Assembly: GCA_904063045.1 (NCBI GenBank)
Contig: CAJFCJ010000012.1
Coordinates: 124,001 to 188,000 of the forward strand
Source: Dimorphilus gyrociliatus
Lineage: Eukaryota; Animalia; Annelida
Direction: 5' to 3'
Length of the DNA: 64,000 nucleotides
Each line of letters starts with the position of its first letter. The first letter of the stretch is position 1. Made by a program: the position numbers and the translations under genes. Shown one piece after another: positions 38,947 to 51,815 of the stretch. The notes below the pieces were generated by a model. It made no database searches. It saw only the letters and a program-made list of their open reading frames with translations, and was not told the DNA's origin.

Positions 38947-41900
38947 ATTGTCTAATTCCTAAACATCTATATGTACAAGGTTAACTTATTGTTAAGGGTT
39001 ATTTTAGTTCTCTTCTTTAAACAGAGTGTTGACACAAAAATATTAGTCTTAGTATTATAAAAATTCTCAATTCATTTTAAACCGTAAATAGCATGAACAG
39101 TTATAGGATTTAATGCAAGTCCTTTTAAAGTCAAATTTCACTTAAAGTTATTTGATACGTTATTTTAGCGAGAATAAAATTCTTGTGTTTAGTTTTGTAA
39201 TAATTTAAAGAATATTCCTTTCCTCTCTTGGTGTTTTAGAATGATAAGATGATTATTGGTCAATAAAACGTATTTATCAAACACTATTTATAGTTGTTAC
39301 TATGATCGTTGATATTCTTTTTAAGCCTGTTGATCAAAATCATTAGTATGCATATACTAATTTTACTTCTTCAAAATTTACCAAACGCTTCATTATCCTT
39401 TCTAGTTTGATTAAACGTACGATATTAAAGAATACTTTTTACAGAAGCAAATTAGGGGCTTTGGTTTGTTTTTGATGTGACAAGTAGTTTGCATTTGGAA
39501 TTAATAAGAAATAATCGATGTCAATCAACTAAGGGATTGTCGATCCAAGTCAGAAATCACGGAGCATTAACGGAACCCAAGCCTTTACATTTAGAATGAA
39601 ATTTTAAGGCAAAAAGTAAGCGCCATTGACTTGGATAAATAATTGATAGAAGCGTTAAGTGATTCCGGAAATTTAAATGAGAAAGACGAGTTTATGATGT
39701 TGTGAAGCTGTCAGAAAACTTTCTCAGAATTCTTTAAATTCATATATGAACATTAATTGTCTTTTTGGCAATCAAGCTTTGGTTATAGAGGCCAACTTTA
39801 TTTTTGCATTCTATACTATTACCAATCTAATACATTATAAATACATCTATAAATATAGGTGAAAGCCTGATAAAATAAACGATTTTAAGTTCCGTATTGT
39901 CTATTATCTTCAAATTATTACTTTGAAAATAAGAAAAGGTCATATAGAAAAGCCAGGTCAATGAACTCAAAAAAAATTCAATATTATTATTATTCTAATT
40001 AACCTAAATTTGAATAATAAAGATTAAATATTAAGAATATTATATTAAAAACAATTCATTGAGTTACTTGTTAACAGCTGAAAATATTGTGTTGAATTTG
40101 TCAAATTATACATGTCTACATAATATCGCCATGAAAGCGAAAAATAACTTTCACAAGCTAGTTTAAACAGTATATATCCTTTCAGAATGTATAAAATTTG
40201 TAATTTAAGACTCATTTAAGAGTTGGGCATGATTTTGATTATAAGTCGTTATGAAACCATCGCAAAAAAAGTTAATGATTCTTGCCAATTTTAGTAAACT
40301 TTATTATATTTAGCAGATGCTTGGATTCTTTAATATCTTATAAAAGAGAGAACGTGCTATAAAATATAGTAGCTCTAATAGAATTTGATTGAATATTTAA
40401 TACTTACAAAGCTTAAGTTTAATGACTAACTTTAAGCACGATACGTTTTAATAATGCTCTCCTACTGGTAGTCTCTGATAATACATAAGCTAAAAGCATC
40501 TGTATATAGCATACAACAGCTTCGATATCTGCAATAGCTAAAATGAGAACACCAAAGTGAATAAGATGGAAGTCTAGAATCACAATCTAATACCCACTTT
40601 TTTATACGAATAACATTCTGTTTAGTATATGCTTTGCTAGTTAGTTATTCTATCACATAGTATTAATATTTTTGCAAAAGATTCCCCTTTTTGGACACAA
40701 TTAGGAGCAAACTTTTGCTGTACTTAATTGGGGTTAGTACAATCGTCAATTAAGTATTGCATTAATATTTGAGTTGGTCTTTTATAAGAACAGAAATTGC
40801 CTTTAAAGCATAAAAGGCTTTTCATAATATGATCCTCTTGAATATTTCACGGAAATAGATACTTTTACCAAGTTAAGCTTTATTGAAAAAGTAGAAGAGA
40901 AGGCCTCTACTCTATAATACCTAGGAAATTATGATGATATACAAAATTGAACAGTGCGATTTGTCACTCATAAATTTTCAAGTGTAATCAAAAAACTTTA
41001 AGAGAAGATTCTTAAATCAGGAACCTTTGGACAAGATCATAGTTATAACGGAAAGATAAGATAGCATTTCATCTATTTTATAAAAGCAGTATTGATAATT
41101 TACATAATAAAGTAATATTCTTGAACACTAAATTATTGCTAGTACTTTAAGTATCATACTACTGAAATACGTAAAATACGGTCAATAATACTTCTAAACT
41201 GATACTCATCTAAATATCAAACCAATAGAATTGCATAGCCAGTTTCACCTTTTGAAATAGTAGGAGCAACCTACTATTAACTATTAACCTTAAGTAGAAT
41301 ATACTAAAATAACTTAGGAAATATGTAGCATCTAATTTTTAATAATGTATACAAAATTAGCTAATTTGCATAATCTTGATTGGAGTTCAAAAGTTCAAAG
41401 TCATAGCTCGACCCCAGCAATTATATTTTAAAAATATGTTGTAGAATAAATTTATTAGTCTTACATCCTACTTAAACAAAAGTCCAAAGATGAGAAACGC
41501 TCAAATTATATTCCAGTTTAGTTTGCTACGGCTGTCTTACAGTGTAAGTTGTAATTACAGCTTCAAAAGTAAAATAACCTAAGTCTGTTATAGAGCAAAA
41601 AATTGCAATATATAGAGAGAAACAATTATAGAAGAGTGCATCTCGTTAATGAACATATAGCTCCCATATTTAAAATTCTGTCTAAAGTGAGTTGTTCTAA
41701 GATTGATTTGGCAAGATGTATATCAGTGTAATTCCTTAACACCCCTATGACATTTGGTTTGAAGAATTGGTAGCAAAGGTGACAAGGTCCACAAATAAGT
41801 AGTGATGAAAGATAAACAGTGTTTACTTAAAAAGTTTTCATTAAGACACATGACTAGATGGCAGGCTTATTTTTTAAAATTAGGTATTGTTTTCTATATG

Positions 41901-44900
41901 GAACTATCTTTTTTTTAAGAACTTTTCTAATTAAAACTGAAATTTAGTAGGGCAGAGTTTCAAATTAATAGGCTCAACTATAAAATCCTTTTCTAATACA
42001 AAAATTTGCGCATCCTATTGAATAAAAAGGTTAATCGTTAACACAGAATTAACCTTATCGTTAATACAGAATGTCATTAGATTTTGCTTATTACTTTTTA
42101 CTTGAAATCGTTTCTATTTGCATAGAGTTTTAGTGTGTTTCATTACTAGATACTCTACTCTACACCATCAGCAATCCGAAGATTATTTCTGAATTCACAT
42201 TTGGAGAATAATTTTGTATAATTAATAATAGATACAATCAGCAATTGTTTTCTTCAACTAATTTTATTTCCTTAATTAAGTGCTTCCGATCCTTCACCTA
42301 AGTTCTTGTACGTCTCTATATATAATAGGACATTGGTTGTTCTGTTTCCTTAGGTAAAAATATGAATAGAAGACATGGTATTTTACAGAAATAGCGTTAA
42401 TTATAAGAGCAAGTATAAAACAGAATAAACAAAGGTATATTTTTCTTTTCATTTTGTAGAATGCTAAATAGGGTGTTTTTAAATTACATAGTATTACCAT
42501 TTTTTCCCTTCTTCGTCTAGAATAATAAAAAATGTCCTCTAAAATTTTAGGGAGAGAATTATCTATTATTTTAGAAGCTTTGCTTTGATCGTAAGTGCAA
42601 GATTCTGTCTTACATGTTATCTCATATAGTAATTGAAATCACGCTCTCTTTTTTCAAAGACTGCAATTAATGAGAAACTACGGGAATAAGATTTTTTTAA
42701 AGCTATCATGAATGAAAATCTTTGATTATTACTTAAATGTATTAATATCCGGTTTAAACAAAGCGAGTTTTAATTGATAAAGCATGAGTTCAAAATGTTG
42801 ATAAGAGATATGTATTGAAAGAAAATGTCAAATGAAAACAAAAACAAATAAAGCTTGAAATTTATGCTTAAAACAAATAATTATTATTTGAAAAGCTAAC
42901 TATCTTATTATTACATTCTATTAAGTTTTCCATCTGCTTACTATGGTAATTAATAAATTCATTCTTTTATTTATAAAAATCGTTACAGATATAAACAAAT
43001 TTACTATAGACGTCTATTCTTTTTGTTTAGAATCATTCTTTTATAGAGAAGACAGTGTCATAAGGTTGTTAAACTAATTTTCCTCTGAAGGAACTTTCGC
43101 ACCGTATTAGTTTTACACTTTAAACATATTAGATTATATTTGCATTAGAGTATACGTTGAATAAGCAAATAATATCATAAACTCTTACAGGAATGATGAC
43201 TCTTTTAATAATGTTAAATATTCGCATCAATTATCACAAAATATGTATAAATATTAACAATACATATGTAATGAAGTACTGCACTCTATGAAACTATCTT
43301 CCTATAATATCACGTATGTAAATACAAATGGCTTTTTGCAGTTAGTAAGGTGTCACATAAAATAGCATTCTCTATTGCTAATTTAATACTTACATTCCAC
43401 TTTTATATTATTCTTTGAAATTGTTATTTAAGTCTATTGTATTGGTTTAATCCAACTATATTCATTAAAACATTTTTTGATATACAGTATTATAAGAGAT
43501 TCAGCAAAATATGAATTGTTTAATTACGGGAAAAAAGGCTATTTAGGTTATTTATATATTTTTTCTTATCTAATACAAAGTCCTTAATAATTAGATTACA
43601 AAGAGTAGAGATTTTTATATAATTAATAATTTATAAAGCTTTAAAATCTTTCTTTTCTCTTTAATTTTAACCACGTTTTTGTTCCATAATGCAATTTTCC
43701 CAATGTTGTAATTTTATAGAAAGTAATTTGGGTCTTTTCATTGTCAAACTATTAATTCATTTGAAAAGTCATGATGGCAGATATATTAGTAAATAAAAAT
43801 AAAAGATTCTTGCATTCCTAATGATTATCAGCTATACAAATTGTGGAGAGGAAGAGCTATAGTAACATTATTTTTCAAGTACTCTCGAATATTTTCTATT
43901 TAGACCGTAATAATGTGTTTCCTCTACAATACTAACCGCTTTCAGAATGAAAATATTTATTTTTTAGGTATTACTAACAAGAATACTATTTTCACTGACT
44001 GTATTATAGGAACCCGTATCGACAAAGAGACTTTCAACATGCATACAACCTCATTAAAACTAGTTGCTGTTTGCCCCATTTTTTCAATATAAATATAAAT
44101 ATGTATGTATTAATCTTATTATAATACAATTAATAGGCTTTCAATATGGGTCTATTTAATTAAATAACGATTTCTTATTGAAAAATAAAATAAAGAAGCT
44201 TATGACAGGAAAAGATATTGATTAAATCTTTTGGTGTATACGTGATAATGTATACACATTTGTATTCTTTTCAAAGCAAGTCAAATATACATAAAACAAA
44301 CTAAAAAGGTTTTACAATTCCAAGTTCATGTTAACTGCAAATAGAATATAACAGAAACTATAATATATATTCAGTGTAGTGTATTTTTTTATCTTAGTAC
44401 TTTTTAGTTTATCCTAAATTGAAGCGTAAATAGATTCTTTTCTCTTTTCCAATATTCTTCCACCTATTTAACCCCGTAATAACAATACAAAATAGTAATA
44501 TCAAACGATTTTCTTGCATTTGTTGAATAATTCTAATGTTAGTAATACCTAAAAAAGATTAAAAACATTTAATACAATAGAATATGTCCATCAATCTTAT
44601 TTCTATTGAATCTAATTAAATGTATGGACATCAATTAATTTCTTTCCTGATATATTTCCATTGTTATAGACATTCTTTAAAAATCCTATCAGATGCAATG
44701 CTTGAATGTTTGTCTCTCACTAAACGGCAGTTTCTAACTACAAAAGCTGGTATTAACACTAAAATTATTTTATCTTCAAATGGTATTGTTGTTAACTAAA
44801 AACGTGTTAACATCTTTTTAATTGAAAATCATTCAATATTTTAAACAACTATTCAATACCGTACCTAAAGATATGAAAATCTTGAGCATTTGGTAATAAA

Positions 44901-47900
44901 CTAATAGCTTTAACTTTTTCATTTAGTAATGAAATAGCTTTCTCTTAACTAACAGTGTTTGAGAAAATATACCTTATGTAGAAATATCAAGGAAAATTAC
45001 TATAATATAGAAATTAAGTTTACAGATAAAGATTAAATTGAATTAATAATTCAGAACAGTTATAAATCTCAAACAATTCATGCAAAATAAATCAGACTTT
45101 TATAAAGTAAAGTGTAAAAGAAAGCAGAATAATGTAAAATCAATGGAATAAAAACAGAAAAAGTTTATATATTGTCAATAAGTAATCAAATTATGCAAAT
45201 TGAAGATGTAATTATGTCTAAAAATTACGTGGTTCATTTGTCCCAGTATTTGTTCTATTCTGCTCCATTCGGCCTTTTATTTTGTAAATACTGGATATTT
45301 TTAAAATACAACAAAAGGGTCATTCTATGAAAAATAGAGGTAAACACAACTAACGTTTGCCGTAAGCATTCCTATAAATGTAAGACAATTTTATATTTGT
45401 TAATATACCAATTTTTTATTCAGATTTATTAATATTCTCCTGACTTTCAAATAAATAATACTCTGTTATTAATTTTAAGGAATTTCTTAAAATGAAATCT
45501 AAAACCATTATATAATATGAATGCAAATAACGAACCTAAATGACTTTTATTTGTAACTCAACCTTAAAATACTAAATATCGAATTCTAAGGAATTCTTTT
45601 AAAACAATCAAGCAATTTGCATAGTAATGATTTATATAAGGAAAAAAATAGTAGGTCTTTGTTTAAATAATTAAGAAAAAATCAGTGTTTTAAATAATAT
45701 TTCTTAGAATTTTAAATAAATAGAATTAAAGAGAAACATGATAATGTTTAATGTTGCAATATATTATCAATTGGCTATTATATTGATTAGTATTTGAGTT
45801 ACACATTATTACATTATTTAAACTATGAAATAATTGCAAAATACACAGTATTATGGAAATTCTAAACTAGTTATTTAAAATTTGAAAATTTTACCTTATT
45901 ATATATCTTTTCTTTTTGTTGTTACAATGTCAGAAAATTTCATTAGAATGAGCCTCTCTACAAGCTTGTGGATTATTGAAGAAAGAAACACTTAAATAAT
46001 ATAATAAACAGGCACTCTTATTTTAATGTATAAAAAATAGAAAGAAGAGTTCAAACACATGTAGTAACATCTACATATACATTTTTGTTATAAATTCACT
46101 ACGTAGGGCAGAAAACTACGAAGAAAGCTTTTAAAAATCTTCGTATCATGTCAAACTATTCGTATTTCTAAGGAAAGAAATATAAATAATCGCATAATCG
46201 CCAAGAGGGAGTCATTTGCTAAACCTATAATTCAAAGAAATTAATTGATGCAATTTTGAATTCTTTCCCATGTTTACAGGATTTTTGCTGGACTAAAAGC
46301 ATACGTACTTGGAAACGTCTTTATAAAATTACATAGTTGTATGATGACCTAGAACGTCATTAAATATCAATGTCCTCTATAAAAAAAAAGTCACATATAT
46401 AGCATTATAGGTTGAAAGGATTATTGATTAAAATCTACTACCTAAATAAGAGAAAACGTAAAATGTCAAGAGTGGAAATCTTGTATTCAATCGTTTGTTA
46501 AAGATTTTAACAGAAAAAAGGATAAACTTGTCAAAAGTTAATCTCTTAAATTAGATGGGCTAAATATATATTCACATTTTTTATGAGTAATCTATCCATG
46601 AAATATATAAAATATATACTGTATAAAGAGTACAATCAAGGTACCATTATAACCTACGGATCATTACAATGAACTCAAGCTTATAGCGGAAATTTTATTG
46701 AGCATTCATCCGAATCGACTATCTCTTACTAATGTGGAAATCACGAATCATTACTTAAAACATCAATCATTTTGATGAAAATACAATACCTATGTTAAAT
46801 GGTAAAAATTGATATCATTCTGAGATTGGATTTAAATTTTACTTGGCTAGATTTTGCTTTCTTGAATCCTTTGTCTAGTCTATACACTTTTCATATAATT
46901 TCCACATGAATATTGGATTATAAATCTTTTTTGAATTACATAATAGATGCTCACTCAGACTTTTTTTATCACTCAAGTCACTGTTTCATTATCGTGAAAT
47001 CTATTTTCAGGTAATGTCTTTTAAGAGACGAAAAAAAAACAAAAAGCGCTTGAAGCAACCGTTGGAAGGAGAAATGAGATTAGAATTTCAAATCCAACTC
47101 GAGTCAGAGGATCCTGCTGATTCTGAATATCTGTTCTAATGGTTAATAATAGCTAATATTATTGATCGTTTCTTTGTTTTTAAATTGCACTGAATTTTGT
47201 TTTGGATATGATTGTACGAGGAATACTGTCTTTATTTAATTCCTAATCAATATCTTCAACTCCTAACAGTTCAATACTCTTAAAGATCGAGCATTTTTCT
47301 AATAAATTCCATAAATAAACGTTTAAAATTTAATAGCCTATTTTTAATCTTAAAATATTATAGAAGTAAAAACTAAAAAGGTAAAGTAGGAGGTAACTAA
47401 CTGTTTGAATAGTATTCTCTACCCAGAGGACCACAGTAATAAAAAAGTCTATTTCTCTTCTTTTCACACAATTTAGAGATTTCCTTATTGAAAGTTCAAC
47501 TTGACAAGTTAATAGTTTTTCTTTTTCATAGCATTAAATCTCGATATTTGATAGAACAAATTTTGGTTTATATAAAATATACGACAGTACATATACAGTA
47601 CAAAGTATTCATTCATTTGTTCATTACTATAGTATATAATTTATTGCATTTTATGTATCAATCATTCTACATCATAATTTAGATCTAAATTAGCGTAATT
47701 ATCTCTCTGAATTATATAAAATTATGCAAGTTTCTGTATTGTTAAATTTGAAATCGCGATATGTTGATTATCTTAAGGGAGTAGTTTTGATATATTTTAT
47801 GTCTCCTTTACGTTCTATTTAAAATTTTACAGTTTTTTGTTTGATCTTGTAGAATAAAATATAAAGTATAAATAAAAAATATAACAAAAGCAAAACGTTA

Positions 47901-48184
47901 TTCTCAGTTGTATGATCGATACATAAATACACAACATTTCAGTGTATTTTCCTAACATATATGCAAATATAATAGATTGAATGTATAAATGTATTAACAG
48001 AGAGAAAACAAAGAGAACATGTTCATTATTGAAATTTTCCTTAACATTTATTCTCTAATCTTGAAAATTGGTCCGTTTTCTTTTAAGTATTTATTGTTGA
48101 AAGTTTTTATTTTCTACAAAAAGGATAAGAATAAAGATAAATTTTATCATGCAAAAAAGAGACTATCTATAAATAAAATAGTTT

Positions 48185-49249
48185 TTAATTCATTGTCAGC
48201 ATAGTACATGAATGTCTCTGATTTAAACTAATAGCTTCCGGATCATTGTTATGCATACGTGTTTTGAAACAAACTAAGGTACTCGTTATTACTTTTCCAA
48301 GCATGGCATTAACGGACAAATAAAGTAAAAATGAACAACTAAAGTTAACGGTTTGTAACAAGTTCAAAATAGAATTAATTAGTTTAGATTCCTGACTTTG
48401 ATTTAATTTAGAATAGAAATGATAAATTTCTGATGGTGACACTAAAAGTATATACATCATTACAAGAGAAATTAGAGATATATTCAGGGAAAACGTGTTG
48501 GACATTTCCTTTGAAGAATAATTTCTACGGAATATTCTACTTCTCCTTATGGATTTGATTAAATTATAGTTAAAAAATATTAATAATATAACTGGAATAA
48601 CATATCCGAAGAATGTCCATAAACTTGAAAATATGTAAAATAATACTGTATTTTTACTAAATGCTCCTTTCTTATAGTAATAAATAGTTAAGTTGGCTCT
48701 CGTGATTTTGCCTTCATTGTAGTGCCAGAGCAAAGGCAGCATAAACGTAAGCCATGCTAGAGGAGTAATTAAGATAAATGTAATTATTTTCTTTCTTTTC
48801 AACCAAATACCTGCATTCAATGGATAACAAATAGCGATGTAGCGCATACAAGCTGTTATAACTGTATACCATGTTGATGTTTTTATCCAAACGTCGGTAT
48901 AAAGACCTTGATAATTAGCCCAAAAGTAAAACCAACTTCTTGAATGATAAATGTCTGTACTTTCCCAGAAATATAATGGTAGAACTCCTAAACAGAACAT
49001 GATATCGCTAACAGCAAGAGCAGACATTCCAATTGCAGCACATTTTTCTAAATATTTACTTGTTTTAGTGTTATGATGTAGCATCTTAAGATTTAAAATA
49101 TTTCCGAAAATACCAAATGTAGATAAAGTAGGTAATAAAACTTCATTTAATATCCTGTAGTCGTCCTCCGTTTGCGCATGATTGTTCACAGTTTCATTTG
49201 AAGTTATTGAAAAATTTTGCGCTAGTCCCCCTCTATCAACTTCAGTCAT
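48185..49249 (-). CDS. Intronless rhodopsin-class GPCR (FMRFamide-receptor-like clade, divergent motifs), 354 aa
   Basis: Single ORF with seven hydrophobic segments; GIFGN (TM1), LAVSD (TM2), MRYIAICYPL (TM3), LVSPSE (TM6), NFSCSFLLY (TM7); N-terminal N-glycosylation sequons. Confidence 0.9.
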   Translation of the reverse strand: MTEVDRGGLAQNFSITSNETVNNHAQTEDDYRILNEVLLPTLSTFGIFGNILNLKMLHHNTKTSKYLEKCAAIGMSALAVSDIMFCLGVLPLYFWESTDIYHSRSWFYFWANYQGLYTDVWIKTSTWYTVITACMRYIAICYPLNAGIWLKRKKIITFILITPLAWLTFMLPLLWHYNEGKITRANLTIYYYKKGAFSKNTVLFYIFSSLWTFFGYVIPVILLIFFNYNLIKSIRRSRIFRRNYSSKEMSNTFSLNISLISLVMMYILLVSPSEIYHFYSKLNQSQESKLINSILNLLQTVNFSCSFLLYLSVNAMLGKVITSTLVCFKTRMHNNDPEAISLNQRHSCTMLTMN

Positions 49250-51388
49250 TTTCCCTATCGGCGCTGTGAGCTAAAATGGCGTTTCACACGAAGCAAAGTC
49301 GCTGTGTGACGCTTCAATCTGTTGCAAATAAGAAAAAAAAAGGAATATAAAAAACAAAACAAATTAAACCACAACTGATCGTTTGGATGAATTTTACTCA
49401 TTACTAGTGATATATCTTAATCCTGTTTAATTATTTCAAAGAATTCCCGTTTAAAAATGCAGTTGAAGGTTTAATATAGGTTTAAAATGACGCTATACCA
49501 GTGTTGAATGTGTGGTCGATATATAGTCATATTATCTTAGATATTAAACATAATCTTACGATTTTATTATAATAGTTGATAGTATTTAAAAACGGTAATT
49601 TTTTCATTACACATATATTACCAATAGATATATCTATTGGAGGAGAAAAGATACAAATTTGCTCTACAAATCAATTTAAGCGTCTAGTTATAGGTTCCTA
49701 CATAGAAAATTCATCTACAGCATAGATGATGGTGGGGTATAAATATAAGTGTGAATAAATAGAAATGTCATATTATTAAGTTTTTCTAATTTAATCATAT
49801 AAGCTATGTTTCAGGCAATTCTTTGCATTTAAAAGAAAGTTGCCTCTCTCGGCTATTCTATCATCTTGTAGTACTTTAATAACTATATTTGCTTCATTAA
49901 TGTATTTTCTTTTGTCAATGTAAATTTTGCCTTAAAATTTTACTTTTTTACTATATTTAAAGATTTTTTCTTTTAAAAATCTCTTATATTATTGTATTTA
50001 AAAGAAAATAAAGGAAATGATCATATGGACTAGATTTTCATCTTAGGAGAGTTCATTTTAAAGACTTTTGATCTCTTTTAATAAGCTCAATCTCTCTGGA
50101 CAATTTAGAGAATTCTCATATAAATAATTAAAGAGAAGACTAAAACATTCTCCGAATTACCTTGTAAATTGTATCGAACATTAAAGATATATCTTTTGCT
50201 TAGAAAATTAAATGTTATTACAAAAAATTAAATGAAATTATTTACTTTTTTCAGTTTTTCTTTGGATCACGAAACGTTGCGTGTAATTAGTTAACTAAAA
50301 TATATATGCAAAACTACTTTTAATTTATTGTTAATCAACATAGAAATTGCAACAAACCAATTAAATTTTCTATTAAAACTTTCAAAAACAGCTATCGTTT
50401 AATAATGGATCATTATATTTAATATCCCATTACTTTTCTCACTAAATTCTTTTCTCTTTCTTTTTAACTATATTAATTTTTAATTAACAATTAATAACTA
50501 ATCATAAAAATTGTAACTTATTAAAAAATTTAAAGACCACCTTTCAACAACTTTATTAAAATTCCAATCAATCAAATGACCATTTTTATTGTGAATAGAA
50601 ATTTTAATCGATTGGTAATTTCAAGATTTCTTTTATGTCATTTCTAAAATTTGTCACGTTGTATGATATTTTAGCCTTTAGAGAAAATTTATCTTGTTGT
50701 ATTTTTCTTTTTATCTTGCTCTCCGATTCTTCTTACTCCTTTTTCTGCCACTTTGTCTTTCTTTTGTACTTTATTTCTTGCTTTCATTCCCTACTTGTAT
50801 TTAAAATCAAGTTATGTATTGAAACAGACTATTCGATGAAAAATTGAATATCTAAGGCAATCTTTAAAACATCTAATACGAATATATACAATACATAACC
50901 AGTATAAATACAGTATATATATATTTAAATTGGTTGATTCTATGAGAGATTAATCACTGATTACTTCTAGAAAGACAACTTATGACATCTATTGGCTAAA
51001 GAGTAAAATATAAAAGTCTGTATCCATGTACTATAAATAAATATCAGTAATTCGTTTCTATACTAAACTGCAAAATACAGTAGTCTTATCTTCACAAGCA
51101 ACATATTTGTTTTTTATTACTTAATTTGTAGTTTTTAGATAGTTACTTAGTTTTAAAGAGCAACAACTAATGTTTTAGCTTAAAAACATAATGAATGACT
51201 GCATAACTTTACTTCTTCTAATTCGAATTTCATTATTAAAAGAAAAACAGGTTTTTCTTCGATTCCTCTATTTTATATGCGAAAACTTCTTTGAACTATT
51301 TACTGACTTTAATCAATGAGTATGGGAAGGCTACTTGCGCGCCCTCAATAAGAAAGTTTTAAAGTGACGCCTACAAACAGTCGTCAAA

Positions 51389-51815
51389 ATGAAACGGTTT
51401 ATAGCGTTCATCGCTGTCATTTTATTACTTTCAGAAGTAAACTGTGCAGGAAAGAATTCAGATTTATTTACTATTCATACAAATGGAGGTTACGATTCAT
51501 TTACATTCAATTTAGCTTTCCAAATGACGATAAACTGTCTTACTAAAAGAAATCACGAGAGAATAATGTTTTTAAAAGTATGCAATCAATTTTAAATAAA
51601 TATTACTATAAATATATGTGATATACTAATTCTTTAATTTATTATAGATGTTTGGAGAGGAAATCTACAAGAAAGGAACAGGTACAAAAACTAGTAGGAG
51701 TATTCTATAACTATGTGCATTTATTATATATAAATATATATGTATAATATTTTATCTTCCTTTTGTAGATTTGCCATACTGCAAAGAACAAATTGCAAAG
51801 CAAATGAAGCAATGA
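51389..51815 (+). CDS. Small orphan secreted protein (about 89 aa, 3 exons)
   Basis: Exons 51389-51577, 51648-51681, 51769-51815. Clear signal peptide MKRFIAFIAVILLLSEVNCA, context CAAAATG, GT-AG introns of 70 and 87 nt. Exons 2-3 are less certain than exon 1. Confidence 0.55.

Noticed and set aside
39500-39755. Frame reading ILRQKVSAIDLDK*LIEALSDSGNLNEKDEF, faintly CARD-like
   Set aside because: About five stops in 80 codons is what random DNA of this composition gives; the resemblance is too weak without a profile hit.
47011-47139. Exon-like MSFKRRKKNKKRLKQPLEGE..SEYLF*
   Set aside because: No upstream partner exon found; 41 aa is within chance.
49621-49640. Perfect 20-bp palindrome CCAATAGATATATCTATTGG
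   Set aside because: About 0.4 such palindromes are expected per 64 kb at this base composition.
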